NCBI RefSeq assembly: GCF_000195955.2 | Contig: NC_000962.3 | Span: 3,270,001 to 3,302,000, forward strand | From: Mycobacterium tuberculosis H37Rv | GTDB lineage: Bacteria > Actinomycetota > Actinomycetes > Mycobacteriales > Mycobacteriaceae | Direction: 5' to 3' | DNA length: 32,000 nucleotides | Part shown: piece by piece, positions 20,527-30,595 of the stretch | Layout of the letters: each line of letters starts with the position of its first letter | How positions within the stretch are numbered: the first letter of the stretch is position 1 | The notes under the pieces: model-generated | Seen by the model: only the letters and a program-made list of their open reading frames with translations | Databases searched by the model: none | Told to the model about the DNA's origin: nothing | Program-made: the position numbers and the translations under genes

Positions 20527-20578
20527 GGGGTCAATTTTCAGATGCCGTCAGGGGGTCAGTTTTCGGGTGCCGTTGACA
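20527..20578 (-). repeat. Right terminal inverted repeat region with two 20-bp units
   Basis: On the minus strand: TGTCAAC then GGCACCCGAAAACTGACCCC (20552-20571) and GGCATCTGAAAATTGACCCC (20527-20546). Confidence 0.85.
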
Positions 20579-20583
20579 CCGTT
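20579..20583. repeat. Right copy of 5-bp target site duplication (CCGTT)
   Basis: CCGTT directly after the right terminus ...GTTGACA. Confidence 0.8.
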
Positions 20584-20623
20584 CACAAGGGCGTTTCGAG
20601 CAACGCGTCGACGCAACTTCGGC

Positions 20624-21325
20624 CTAGTCGACGTTGACGGGTTCGTTCCATTTCGACTGCGTGAGCTGAATCGACCCGGATCCGAGGTCGATGCTCGCTC
20701 GGACGAGGTGGTGCGAGCCGTCCTGGGCAATCCACACGGTCGCCGGCCTTGCACTCTTGGCGCCAGGATCAAGCATCTTGACAGAGCTCGCGGGGATGGT
20801 CCCGGTGATTTTGGTGGTCGAAATTCCGTCTATCACTTCGGTACCTTGCGCTTGGAGGTTCGTGACACCGGACAGCAGCTGCGTCACCCCAGCGGCAGGA
20901 TCGAGCACGCGTGAAGTTGACAGTTCAGAAATCGAGCCGAGATTGCTCCAGTCGTCGAACAGTTTCACCGAGATGTTGTCGCCTTGTACCCGAAACGGGA
21001 CACCCTGCTCGTCGTTGTAGGTGCATACGCCCTTTGCCGCGAGCGGATTGGCCCGGACGTCGACATCGGCACTGGTAATACCCAGCAAGCTGTCGACTTT
21101 CCCGGTTGTTCGGACCGCTACGTGCACGCTGGTCAACCCTTTTGTCGCATCAAGCGACTGCCTGATCTCGGCGAGGAGCGCGGGGTCGGACGCCGTCGGG
21201 CTCACGGGAACACCCTGTTCCTCGGCATCAGGTTTCGGCGAAGAACATCCTGATAGCCACAACGCCAGGCAGGCACCTAGCACCACCAGAACAGCGGACG
21301 TCACCGCCCGTTTTCCATCATTCAT
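20624..21325 (-). CDS. lppX: Lipoprotein LppX (LppX/LprG family, implicated in PDIM translocation)
   Basis: 233 aa with signal peptide and lipobox 'LALWLSGCSS'. Located between pks1 and the mmpL7-side IS. Confidence 0.94.
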   Translation of the reverse strand: MNDGKRAVTSAVLVVLGACLALWLSGCSSPKPDAEEQGVPVSPTASDPALLAEIRQSLDATKGLTSVHVAVRTTGKVDSLLGITSADVDVRANPLAAKGVCTYNDEQGVPFRVQGDNISVKLFDDWSNLGSISELSTSRVLDPAAGVTQLLSGVTNLQAQGTEVIDGISTTKITGTIPASSVKMLDPGAKSARPATVWIAQDGSHHLVRASIDLGSGSIQLTQSKWNEPVNVD

Positions 21326-21399
21326 TTGCGCTCACTACCTCGATTGTCAAATGGGCCCGCAGGCCGAATGCAGGTTGATTGGATCACGCTGGGCATGAC

Positions 21400-21503
21400 T
21401 GCCCGCCTCCTCACTCGCGCCATTCCGGCGCTCGCCGTCGCCGGGCCCCGCCAAATTGCCCGCCTCCTCACTCGCGCCATTCCGGCGCTCGCCGTCGCCG
21501 GGC
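21400..21503. repeat. 57-bp tandem repeat, about 1.8 copies, between the pks1 stop and the lppX start
   Basis: TGCCCGCCTCCTCACTCGCGCCATTCCGGCGCTCGCCGTCGCCGGGC occurs at 21400-21446 and again at 21457-21503; period 57. Confidence 0.9.
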
Positions 21504-24500
21504 TAGGCATGGACCGATACTTCCGCGGCGGCGGGTTCGACAACCTGCGACGTCGGATCACCGGATTCCGTTGGGCGGCTGCCAGACATTTGCTGGGCGA
21601 CATACTCGGCGACCGCAGTGGGAGTGGGATGATCGAAAATCACGGTAGGTGGCAGCGTCAGTCCGGTGGCGGTTTTGAGGCGGTTGCGTAACTCCACAGC
21701 CGTTAATGAGTCGAAACCGAGGTCGCCGAATTCGGTGTCGGGGTCGACGTCCTCGGCGGAGGGCCTACCCAGCACTGCCGCTGCCTGCAGACACACCAGC
21801 CCCACTAGCAGCTCGAGTTGTTCGTCCGCGGCCAGCCCGTGTAGGCGTTGAGCCAGCGCCGACTTCGACGAGGTGGCGTCACCGGTGTCGTCGATTTGGC
21901 GTCGGCGTGGGCGGCGCGCGAGCCCGCTGAACAGCGCCGGCAACGCACCGGCCTGGGCCCGGGCGTCTAGTGCAGCCCGGTCCAAGAGCGTGGCCACCGC
22001 CAGAGGGTGATCGATGGCCAGCGCAGCGTCAAACAATTCCACCGCTTCGGCAGGGCTCATCGGAGCCAGCCCGCTGCGGCTCATGCGGGCCAGATCTCGG
22101 CTGCTCAAATGCGCGGTCATGCCGCCAGGCTGTTCCCACAAACCCCACGCCAGTGATATCCCGGCCAACCCTGCGGCCTGCCGGTGAGCGGCCAACCCGT
22201 CCAGAAACGCGTTTGCCGCCGAGTAGTTGCCCTGCCCCGGCGAGCCGACCGTGGCCGCGATCGATGAGCACAGCGCAAACATCGACAAATCCAGGTCACT
22301 GGTGGCCTGGTGCAGGTTCCACGCCGCGTCCACCTTGGCCCGCAACACCGTATCGATGCGGTCCGGTGTCAACGAGGTGATCACTGCGTCATCGAGCACG
22401 CCGGCGGCATGAATCACCCCGCGCACCGGCGGGTACTCCCGCGACAGCTGGGCAAACAACCCCGCTACCGCAGCGCGATCGGCCACGTCACAGGCCACCA
22501 CCTGCACCTTGGCGCCGGCCTCCGTCAAGTCGGCGGCCAATTCGGCCGCTCCCTCCGCGCGATCGCCCCGCCGACTGGCCAACACCAGATGACGCACCCC
22601 ATAGGCGCCAACCAGGTGGCGGGCCAACACCCCACCAACCGCCCCGGTGGCACCGGTGATCACCACCGTGCCGTCGGCAAGCCGGTCGGCCAACGCCGAG
22701 GGCATGGTTAAGACAACCTTGCCGATATGGCGGGCCTGGCTCATGAACCGGAAGGCCGCCGGGGCGCAGCGCACATCCCACGTGGTGACCGGTAGCCGGT
22801 GCAGCTCCCGGGTGTCGAACAGCTCCCGCACCTCGGCCAACATCTCCTGCATGCGTGCCGGGCCGGCCTCCGACAGGTCGAACGCCCGATACTGCACGCC
22901 GGGATAATTAGCGGCGATCTCCTGCGCATCGCGGATATCCGTCTTGCCCATCTCGAGGAAACGCCCACCGCGGACCAGTAAGCGCAGCGACGCATCCACG
23001 AACTCACCGGCCAGCGAGTCGAGCACCACATCAACCCCGCGGCCCTCGGTGACCGCCAGGAACTTCTCCTCGAACTCGCATGTGCGGGAATCGCCGATAT
23101 GGTCGTCGTCAAACCCCATGGCGCGCAGCGTGTCCCACTTGCCACGGCTGGCGGTGACGAAAACCTCCACGCCCCACTGGCGAGCCAGCTGCACAGCCGC
23201 CATGCCCACACCGCCGGTACCGGCATGGATCAGCACCGATTCGCCCGCCTTGATCTCGGCTAAATCGGCCAACCCGTACCAGGCCGTCAAGAACACCACC
23301 GGCACAGCGGCTGCCTGAGCAAACGACCAGCCTTGCGGCACCCGGGTAACCAGTTGCTGATCCACCACCGCCAGCGGACCGGCCCCGCCCAGGAATCCCA
23401 TCACGGCGTCACCGACGGCAAGATCGGTCACTTCGGGACCGGTCTCAAGCACCACCCCGGCGCCTTCGGCACCCAGCGGTGGGGCCTGGCCGGGATACAT
23501 CCCTAGGGCGGCCACCACATCGCGGAAGTTGACCCCGACGGCCGCCACCGCCACGCGCACCTGCCCCGCCTGTAGCGGTGCCTGTACCTCCGGGCAGGGC
23601 TGGATCACCAAATCCTCCAGGGTCCCGCCACCACCGGCGGCCAATCGCCACGCCGACTCTGCCGCCGGTAACGCTAGCAACGCCGGGGCCGGGGACAGCC
23701 GGGGGGCGTGCACAGTGCCGCCGCGCACCAGCAGCTGGGGTTCCCCGACGCCGGCTAGCACCGAGGCATCCACCGCCGCATCGGTGTCGATCAACACGAT
23801 CCGGCCGGGATTTTCGGCCTGCGCGGAACGCGCCATGCCCCACACCGCGGCGGCGGCCAGGTCGCTGATGTCCTCGCCAGCCAGCCCCACGCCACCATGG
23901 GTCAACACCACCAACGTGGCCGCCCGATCCGCGCCGAGCCAGGACTGCAACACCTCCAGGGCGGTGTGGGTGGCCGCATACACCGAGCCCACCACCGAGG
24001 ATGCTTGGCCACCGGCAGACTCGAGTTCCCACACCACGACACTGGCGTCACCATCACTGCCGGCGCAAAAGTCCGCCCAAGACACCGGGGCAGGTGGGGC
24101 GGACCCGTTAGCGCCGCCGCTGACCACCGAGATCGGCGACCACACCACTTCCAGCGGCCCCTGATCGGACGCACCGCCGGCCGCGGTCACGGCGGCGCGC
24201 AGCTGTTCTGCGGTTATCGGGCGAGTAACCAGCGAGCGCACCGTCAACACCGGCAGCCCAGTGGCGTCGCAGACGTCCACGGAAATCGCATCCGCGCCCG
24301 CGGACGCGAAGCGGGCCCGCACCCGTCCAGCGCCGCCGGCATGCAGCGACACCCCACGCCAGCAAAACGGCAGTCTCGTCTCGGTGCTCGCCTGGGTCTT
24401 CTCGACGGCCAGCCCGAGGGCATGCAGCACCGCGTCCAACACCGCCGGATGCATCCCCATTCGGTCGACGGCCACGCCGGCCTCGCCGGGGGCTACAACT

Positions 24501-26365
24501 TCGGCGAACAGCTCCGACCCCCGCCGCCAGATCGCCACCAGACCCTGAAACGCGGGGCCGTAGGCATAACCGCGCTCGGCCAACTGCGCATAGCCGTCCG
24601 AGATATCCACACTCTCCGCGCCCTCGGGCGGCCACACGGACAAATCCATCGGCGTCTCAGCGGCAGCCACCCCCAGCATGCCTTCGGCGTTCAGCAACCA
24701 ACCCTGGGATTGATCACCGCGGGAATACACCGACACCGCACGGTGCCCGGATTCATCGGCAGCCCCGACGACCACCTGCACCTGAACCCCGACACCCGGG
24801 TGCATCACCAACGGTGCGGCCAGCACCAACTCTTCGATGAGCGCGCACCCGACCTCATCACCGGCGCGGATCACCAACTCCACAAAACCCGCCCCGGGGA
24901 ACAGCACCACCCCGTTCACCACGTGGTCGGCCAGCCACGGCTGATCCGCAAGCGACAACCGGCCGGTCAGCACCACCTCGTCAGAATCGGGCCGCTCGAC
25001 CACCGCACCCAACAAGGCATGCTCGGTCGCGCCCAGACCCAACCCGGCCGCATCGGCGGGCCCATCCGCGCCCGGCGTCTCCCAAAACCGCCGTCGCTGA
25101 AACGCATACGTGGGCAGCTGCACCCGCCGTCCACCCGAGCCGGCGAACACCGCCGACCACTGCACCGGCACACCGGTGGTGAACACCTGACCGGCAGCAC
25201 CGAGCGCCGAGGCCAGCTCGGGCCGGTCTTTGCCCAGCATCGACACCACCATCGCCTCAGCCGGGGCCAAGGACTGCTCGATCGAGCCAGTCAAACCACT
25301 TCCCGGGCCGGCCTCGATGAAGTGGGTCGCCCCAAGGGTCTGCAAATGACGCGCACTGTCCGCGAAGCGCACCGGCCGACGAACGTGGTCCACCCAGTAC
25401 TGCGCCGACCCGAAATCAGGGCCGGCCAACTCGCCCGTCACGTTCGACACCAGCCCAAGCTGGGGCTCGCGTGCCTGCACCCGGGCCGCGACACGCGCGA
25501 ACTCCTCGAGCATCGGCTCCATCAACGGCGAATGAAACGCATGCGAGACCGCCAACTGGTGCACCCGCCGACCCTGCGCGGCGAACCGATCCGCAATCGC
25601 ATTTGCCGCGGCCTGCGCACCGGAGATCACCACCGATTCGGGCGCGTTGATCGCAGCGATCCCCACACCCTCACCCAGCAGCGGCTCCACCTCGTCCTCA
25701 CTGGCAGCCACCGCCACCATCGCACCGCCTGCCGGCAGCGCCTGCATCAACCGGCCCCGCGCCACCACCAGCATCGCCGCGTCCGCCAACGTCAACACAC
25801 CGGCCGCGTGCGCCGCCGCCAGCTCTCCAACGGAGTGACCCATGACGAAGTCCGGAAGCACACCCCAATCCCGCAACACCGCGAACGATGCCACCTCCAC
25901 CGCGAACAACGCGGGCTGAGCAAATTCGGTGCTGTCAAGCAAATCCGCATCGGCACCCCAAATAACGTCGCGCAGCGGCAACCGCAGATGCCGGTCCAAC
26001 TCGTCGGCCACCGCATCGAATGCCTGCGCAAACACGGGCAACTCGCCGTACAACTCGCGGCCCATCCCGATGCGCTGCGCGCCCTGCCCAGGAAACACGA
26101 CCACCGTCTTGCCCACCGACCCTGGCTGACCGACCGCCACGCCGGCACCCGGCTCGCCCGCCGCGAGCCCAGCCAGCCCGGCAATCAGTTGCTCACGGCT
26201 TGCGCCGACCACCACCGCTCGGTGCTCAAACACCGAGCGACTGGCCAACGAGCACCCCACATCGATCGGATCCAGCCCTGGGTTGGCCTGCACGTGGGCC
26301 ATAAGTCGACCCGCCTGCGCCGTCAACGCCTCAGCCGATCTCGCCGAAATCACCCACGGCACCAT
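21503..26365 (-). CDS. pks1: Pks1: AT-DH-ER-KR-ACP portion of the split Pks15/1 polyketide synthase (a GTG start at 26353 is also possible)
   Basis: Begins in the KS-AT linker ('[17 protein letters not shown]'). AT '[18 protein letters not shown]', ER '[20 protein letters not shown]', KR '[19 protein letters not shown]', ACP '[18 protein letters not shown]'. No KS domain. Confidence 0.94.
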   Translation of the reverse strand: MVPWVISARSAEALTAQAGRLMAHVQANPGLDPIDVGCSLASRSVFEHRAVVVGASREQLIAGLAGLAAGEPGAGVAVGQPGSVGKTVVVFPGQGAQRIGMGRELYGELPVFAQAFDAVADELDRHLRLPLRDVIWGADADLLDSTEFAQPALFAVEVASFAVLRDWGVLPDFVMGHSVGELAAAHAAGVLTLADAAMLVVARGRLMQALPAGGAMVAVAASEDEVEPLLGEGVGIAAINAPESVVISGAQAAANAIADRFAAQGRRVHQLAVSHAFHSPLMEPMLEEFARVAARVQAREPQLGLVSNVTGELAGPDFGSAQYWVDHVRRPVRFADSARHLQTLGATHFIEAGPGSGLTGSIEQSLAPAEAMVVSMLGKDRPELASALGAAGQVFTTGVPVQWSAVFAGSGGRRVQLPTYAFQRRRFWETPGADGPADAAGLGLGATEHALLGAVVERPDSDEVVLTGRLSLADQPWLADHVVNGVVLFPGAGFVELVIRAGDEVGCALIEELVLAAPLVMHPGVGVQVQVVVGAADESGHRAVSVYSRGDQSQGWLLNAEGMLGVAAAETPMDLSVWPPEGAESVDISDGYAQLAERGYAYGPAFQGLVAIWRRGSELFAEVVAPGEAGVAVDRMGMHPAVLDAVLHALGLAVEKTQASTETRLPFCWRGVSLHAGGAGRVRARFASAGADAISVDVCDATGLPVLTVRSLVTRPITAEQLRAAVTAAGGASDQGPLEVVWSPISVVSGGANGSAPPAPVSWADFCAGSDGDASVVVWELESAGGQASSVVGSVYAATHTALEVLQSWLGADRAATLVVLTHGGVGLAGEDISDLAAAAVWGMARSAQAENPGRIVLIDTDAAVDASVLAGVGEPQLLVRGGTVHAPRLSPAPALLALPAAESAWRLAAGGGGTLEDLVIQPCPEVQAPLQAGQVRVAVAAVGVNFRDVVAALGMYPGQAPPLGAEGAGVVLETGPEVTDLAVGDAVMGFLGGAGPLAVVDQQLVTRVPQGWSFAQAAAVPVVFLTAWYGLADLAEIKAGESVLIHAGTGGVGMAAVQLARQWGVEVFVTASRGKWDTLRAMGFDDDHIGDSRTCEFEEKFLAVTEGRGVDVVLDSLAGEFVDASLRLLVRGGRFLEMGKTDIRDAQEIAANYPGVQYRAFDLSEAGPARMQEMLAEVRELFDTRELHRLPVTTWDVRCAPAAFRFMSQARHIGKVVLTMPSALADRLADGTVVITGATGAVGGVLARHLVGAYGVRHLVLASRRGDRAEGAAELAADLTEAGAKVQVVACDVADRAAVAGLFAQLSREYPPVRGVIHAAGVLDDAVITSLTPDRIDTVLRAKVDAAWNLHQATSDLDLSMFALCSSIAATVGSPGQGNYSAANAFLDGLAAHRQAAGLAGISLAWGLWEQPGGMTAHLSSRDLARMSRSGLAPMSPAEAVELFDAALAIDHPLAVATLLDRAALDARAQAGALPALFSGLARRPRRRQIDDTGDATSSKSALAQRLHGLAADEQLELLVGLVCLQAAAVLGRPSAEDVDPDTEFGDLGFDSLTAVELRNRLKTATGLTLPPTVIFDHPTPTAVAEYVAQQMSGSRPTESGDPTSQVVEPAAAEVSVHA

Positions 26366-27840
26366 CGACGGCCGCGGCCCCCGGTGCTTTCGCTCGCCTC
26401 AACCGGCGCCTCTGCGGGGGCTGGTACGGGGGCCTCTTCCAAGATCAGATGCGCGTTGGTGCCGCTGATCCCAAAGGAGGACACCGCCGCCCGGCGCGGA
26501 CGCCCGTCAACCGACCACTCCCTGGCCTCGGTCAACACCGACACCGCGCCGCTGGTCCAATCCACCCGCGGGGAAGGCTCATCCACATGCAACGTCGCCG
26601 GCATCACCCCATGACGCATCGCCTGCACCATCTTGATCACCCCGGCGACCCCCGCGGCGGCCTGGGTGTGGCCCATGTTCGACTTGATTGAGCCCACCCA
26701 CAGCGGCTGCTCCGCTGGACCTCCCTGCCCGTAGGTGGACAGCAATGCCTGCGCTTCGATGGGATCACCCAACGTGGTGGCGGTCCCGTGTGCCTCCACC
26801 ACGTCTACGTCTGCGGCGGACAACCCGGCGTTGGCCAACGCCACCTGGATCACTCGCTGCTGGGCGAGCCCATTGGGCGCGGTCAGCCCATTGGACGCAC
26901 CATCCTGGTTGACCGCGCTCCCCCGCACCACCGCCAGCACCGAATGCCCCAACCGCCGGGCGTCCGATAGCCGCTCCAGCACAACCACCCCGGCGCCCTC
27001 GCCCCACCCGGTGCCGTCGGCCGCGGCCGCAAACGCCTTACATCGCCCATCGGCAGCCAACCCCCGCTGCCGGGAAAACCCCACAAAAATCGACGGCAGC
27101 CCCATCACCGTCACCCCACCGGCCAACGCCAAATCACACTCCCCGGAGCGCAATGACGACATCGCCCAATGGATCGCCACCAACGACGACGAACAAGCGG
27201 TATCCACTGACACCGCCGGGCCCTGCAGCCCCAATACGTACGACACACGTCCCGAGGCCACGCTGATTGACGTGCCGGTCAACCCGTACCCTTGCAGCCC
27301 CCCGGTATCCCTATTGCCGTAACTCGCCGCGAAAATGCCGGTGTACACCCCGGTCGCCGAACCACGCAACGACAACGGGTCAATCCCCGCGTGCTCCAAC
27401 GCCTCCCACGAAACCTCCAGCATCAACCGCTGCTGAGGATCCATCGCCAACACTTCACTAGGAGCGATGCCGAAGAACCCGGCGTCAAAGCCGGTGGCGT
27501 CGTCTAGAAATGCCCCCCATCGCGTGTAGGTTTTGCCCTCAGCGTCGGGATCCGGATCGTATAGCCCCTCAACATCCCAGCCCCGATCGGTCGGAAACTC
27601 CGACACCACGTCGCGCCCCGCCGAAACGACATCCCAGAGTCCGTCCGGGCCATCCACGCCGCCCGGAAATCGGCAGCCGATTCCCACCACCGCCACCGGT
27701 TCTGTCGCGCGTTGCTCATATTCACGCAGCCGAGCGCGTGTCTCATCGAGCTCGACAGCAACCTTCTTTAGGTAGTGAAAAAGCTTTTCGCTCTGCTGGT
27801 CGGCACCTTCAACGCTCATCGTCCGTTGCTCCTCTATCAC
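26350..27840 (-). CDS. pks15: Pks15: ketosynthase portion of the split Pks15/1 polyketide synthase
   Basis: 496 aa. N-terminal docking helix '[23 protein letters not shown]' and KS '[18 protein letters not shown]'. The frame ends at 26350, immediately inside the start of the pks1 frame. Confidence 0.94.
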
Positions 27841-29954
27841 TTCCCAAGTTCGGAATCGATTAGCTGGAAAATTTCGTCAGGAGTCGAAGCAGCCTGGATC
27901 AGCTTGCCCAGGCCCGCCTCGCTGCCGGCGATGGTGCCCAGCAGGGCACGCAAACGGTCGGCCACCCGCTGCTTCTCGCCGTCGGCGATGACGGCCACCA
28001 GCTCTTCGACCTTGTTCAACTGCTCTTCGATTGCCCAAAGACCCGTCGCGCCGCTATTCACCGGACCGGCTGATTTCAATCGACCATGCCCGCCGGCCAG
28101 TTCGGCCTCCAAATACTGGGCTAATCCCGATATCGACCCGTAGTCCCACCCAACCGTCTCGGGTAACCGCAGGCCGGTAACTGCCGCCAATCGCTTGCAC
28201 AGCGTGACTGTCATTTGCGAGTCAAAACCCAGCTCCGAGAAGGCGAGATCCTGATCGACCGACCAAGGATCTGGCTCACCTAACATCTTCGCGGCCTCGG
28301 CGCATACGGCATCCACCACCAGCCGCTGACGTTCTTGCCGCAAAGCGACCAACCGCTCGCGAAGAGTCGCCCCGCCGTCGTTTCCTCCGGCGATCGTCAT
28401 GTTGGACGCCGACAGGTCATCACGCTGCGCCCGCACGCCGGACCCAGGTTCAGTCAACGAGAGTTCCCAAATCGGTTTGGTTGGACTCTGCTTGCGCAGG
28501 GCGCCACGCACCAATTTCCCGTTCGGGGTTCGAGGGAGTCGATCAACAACGGCAAACCTATGCGGCACCTTGAACGCAGACAATCGGTTGAGCAATCCGC
28601 GGTGAAGGTCTCGCATGACCGACCCATCGATGGTGGCACCGCTGGTCGCAACCAGAAAAGCCTGCAGTGTCGACGCGCCCGTGGACTCCCTTACCGCGAC
28701 AACCGCGGCCTCAGCCACGGCTTCGTCCTCGATGATGAGTCGCTCGACCTCACGCGGATCAACGTTGACCCCTCCGATAACCTCGGTGTCGTCGGCGCGG
28801 CAGCGGTAGGTAACCCACCCGTCGCTGTCGATACACACCCTGTCCCGCGTGTCGAGCCAACCCTCATTCGCGACGGGGGAATCAGGCCGATTCCAATAGC
28901 CCTTAGCGATCGCCGGTCCGCGGACCCATAGGTCGCCCTCAACCCCAGGCCCGGCAGTTGTTCCATCCGGCGCTACAACACGAATCTCGTAGGGCGGCAG
29001 CACCCTTCCCAGCGTCCCCAGGCGCCATTCGTCAACCCGATTCGATACGAACGTCTGCCCGACCTCCGTAGATCCAATACCGTCCAGAATGGGGATGCCG
29101 CCAAAGAATTCCATGAGCCGCTCGGCAAGACCCAGCTCAAGGGCCTCCCCGGCTGACACCACACATCGAAGCGAACGGAAGGAATCAGGAGAACATGAGT
29201 CGATGACTCTGGCAAAGAAATTTGGCACACCGTAGAGCACCGATGGCCCAAATCGCGCGCTTAGAATGGCCGCTGCTTCTGGAGTTACCGGCGCCGAATT
29301 GATGACCGCGGAACCACCTGTCGCGAGTGGAAACCAGACCGAATTTCCTAGGCCGTAAGCAAAATACATGCGTGCACTACATAGCCCAGTATCTTCAGGA
29401 GTGAGCCGCAAGGCTTTACGACACATAGCGTCCACGAACGTCAACGGGTCGGCGTGCCGATGAATCGCCGCCTTCGGCGGACCCGTGGTACCAGACGTAT
29501 ACGTAGCGTATGCGAGTGCGTCACCACCCATCGGTTCGTAGCCTCCAGGCGCGACTCGAGCCGCCTCGGACATGAGTTCCGCGGCTTCGGCCACCCGCGA
29601 CGGCTGAAACCGATCGCGCAGCGCATCCGAGGTGACGACAAGCGCCGGTTCCGTGTTGCGTGCGGCCAACGCGTGGTCGTCGCGATGCAGCTCCGGATTC
29701 GCTAGAAACGCCATAACCCCACGAGCCAGGCACGCCAGCAATAGCTGCACCAGGTCGGGCGAATCCGGCAGGCACAACAGAACCCGATCACCACTGGATA
29801 GTCCGCGGTTTCTCAGCACTTCCCCAAGACGTGCGGCACCGTCGTGGATTTGACCATGAGTCACCACATCGGCCGCATAGAAGGCCGGCCGGTCGTACCA
29901 TCCCGCCTCCGATGCCTGCTCAGCCAGGAGCCCCGCTAGATTCCCATTCCGCAT
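27837..29954 (-). CDS. fadD22: p-Hydroxybenzoyl-AMP ligase FadD22 with C-terminal carrier domain
   Basis: 705 aa. AMP-binding motif '[19 protein letters not shown]' and carrier motif '[18 protein letters not shown]'. TGA stop overlaps the pks15 GTG start (GTGA). Confidence 0.93.
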
Positions 29955-29970
29955 TTATTGGATGACCGCC

Positions 29971-30570
29971 CTAGCGCGCCAGAGTGATGGCATTTGAAAA
30001 CTGCCAGCGATCAGGTTCTTCATGCGGAGCATCTCGAAATACGCTTCGTAGAAAGTGCTCCGTCACCACCATGATCGGCTGGCCTCCGGAAATAACGCGA
30101 TAACGGCGGGCAACGGCTCTCTTTCGGGAATTCTGATACCCGTGGAGCGCGAGCCAACCTGGCAAATCTCCGACCCAGACTTTAGCCTCTTCCTTGAAGG
30201 TCTCGATGTGGCTGGCTGCCATAACCTCGCCGAGAGGATCGTTTGTCTGCGTCAACCTTGTTATAATTGCAGCCGGCAACCGATCAATCGCAATCAACGA
30301 CTCCGCGGCTACAAATAAGTGTTCCGAGTTCCGACCTTTAAGTATGATGTACCGCTGCAGAACACGGCCGACCCCCACCTGCCCTAGCTGCTCGAATTCG
30401 GATAGCTTCGGTGAAACATCGTGAATCCGCTGCTTGACGATTTGCACGATCACCTCATCGTCAGCGACAATGTTGAGAACCCTAGTGAGGGTGCCATTAG
30501 CTGCTATCAGTATTCGAAGGTCACGATTGAGCTTTCGGATCTCTTGATCAGATAGAAAACACTCGGTCAT
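29971..30570 (-). CDS. Chorismate pyruvate-lyase (p-hydroxybenzoate-forming), Rv2949c-like
   Basis: 199 aa from 'MTECFLSDQEIRKLNRDLRILIAANGTLTRVLNIVADDEV'. Sits directly beside fadD22, whose substrate is p-hydroxybenzoate. The longer ORF start at 30609 overlaps fadD29. Confidence 0.88.
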   Translation of the reverse strand: MTECFLSDQEIRKLNRDLRILIAANGTLTRVLNIVADDEVIVQIVKQRIHDVSPKLSEFEQLGQVGVGRVLQRYIILKGRNSEHLFVAAESLIAIDRLPAAIITRLTQTNDPLGEVMAASHIETFKEEAKVWVGDLPGWLALHGYQNSRKRAVARRYRVISGGQPIMVVTEHFLRSVFRDAPHEEPDRWQFSNAITLAR

Positions 30571-30595
30571 ATTCTTCCCCCACATACATGCGCTG

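Larger units (their letters stand above)
18366..20578 (+). mobile_element. IS21-family insertion sequence (IS1533-like), 2213 bp
   Basis: istA plus istB gene pair, imperfect terminal inverted repeats TGTCRACGGCAC...GAAAACTGACCCC at both ends, and a 5-bp direct duplication flanking. The IS1533 name is from memory. Confidence 0.92.

Noticed and set aside
20567-21253. Plus-strand ORFs (20567-20914, 20984-21253) antisense to lppX
   Set aside because: No motifs, and they lie opposite an intact lipoprotein gene with signal peptide and lipobox.
21400-21503. Possible CRISPR array
   Set aside because: Fewer than two full units of a 57-bp tandem repeat, no distinct spacers, and no cas genes in the window.
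21322-21603. 93-aa minus-strand ORF containing the repeated peptide 'PATASAGMARVRRRA'
   Set aside because: The peptide repeat is simply the translation of the 57-bp DNA tandem repeat, and the ORF overlaps the end of pks1 out of frame. The DNA repeat is reported instead.
23897-26614. 905-aa plus-strand ORF antisense to pks1, nearly 3 kb long
   Set aside because: Composition is dominated by H, R, Q, G and P with no domain motif, and it mirrors the pks1 frame. Long antisense open frames are common in high-GC genomes. The minus-strand product is a full, motif-rich PKS.
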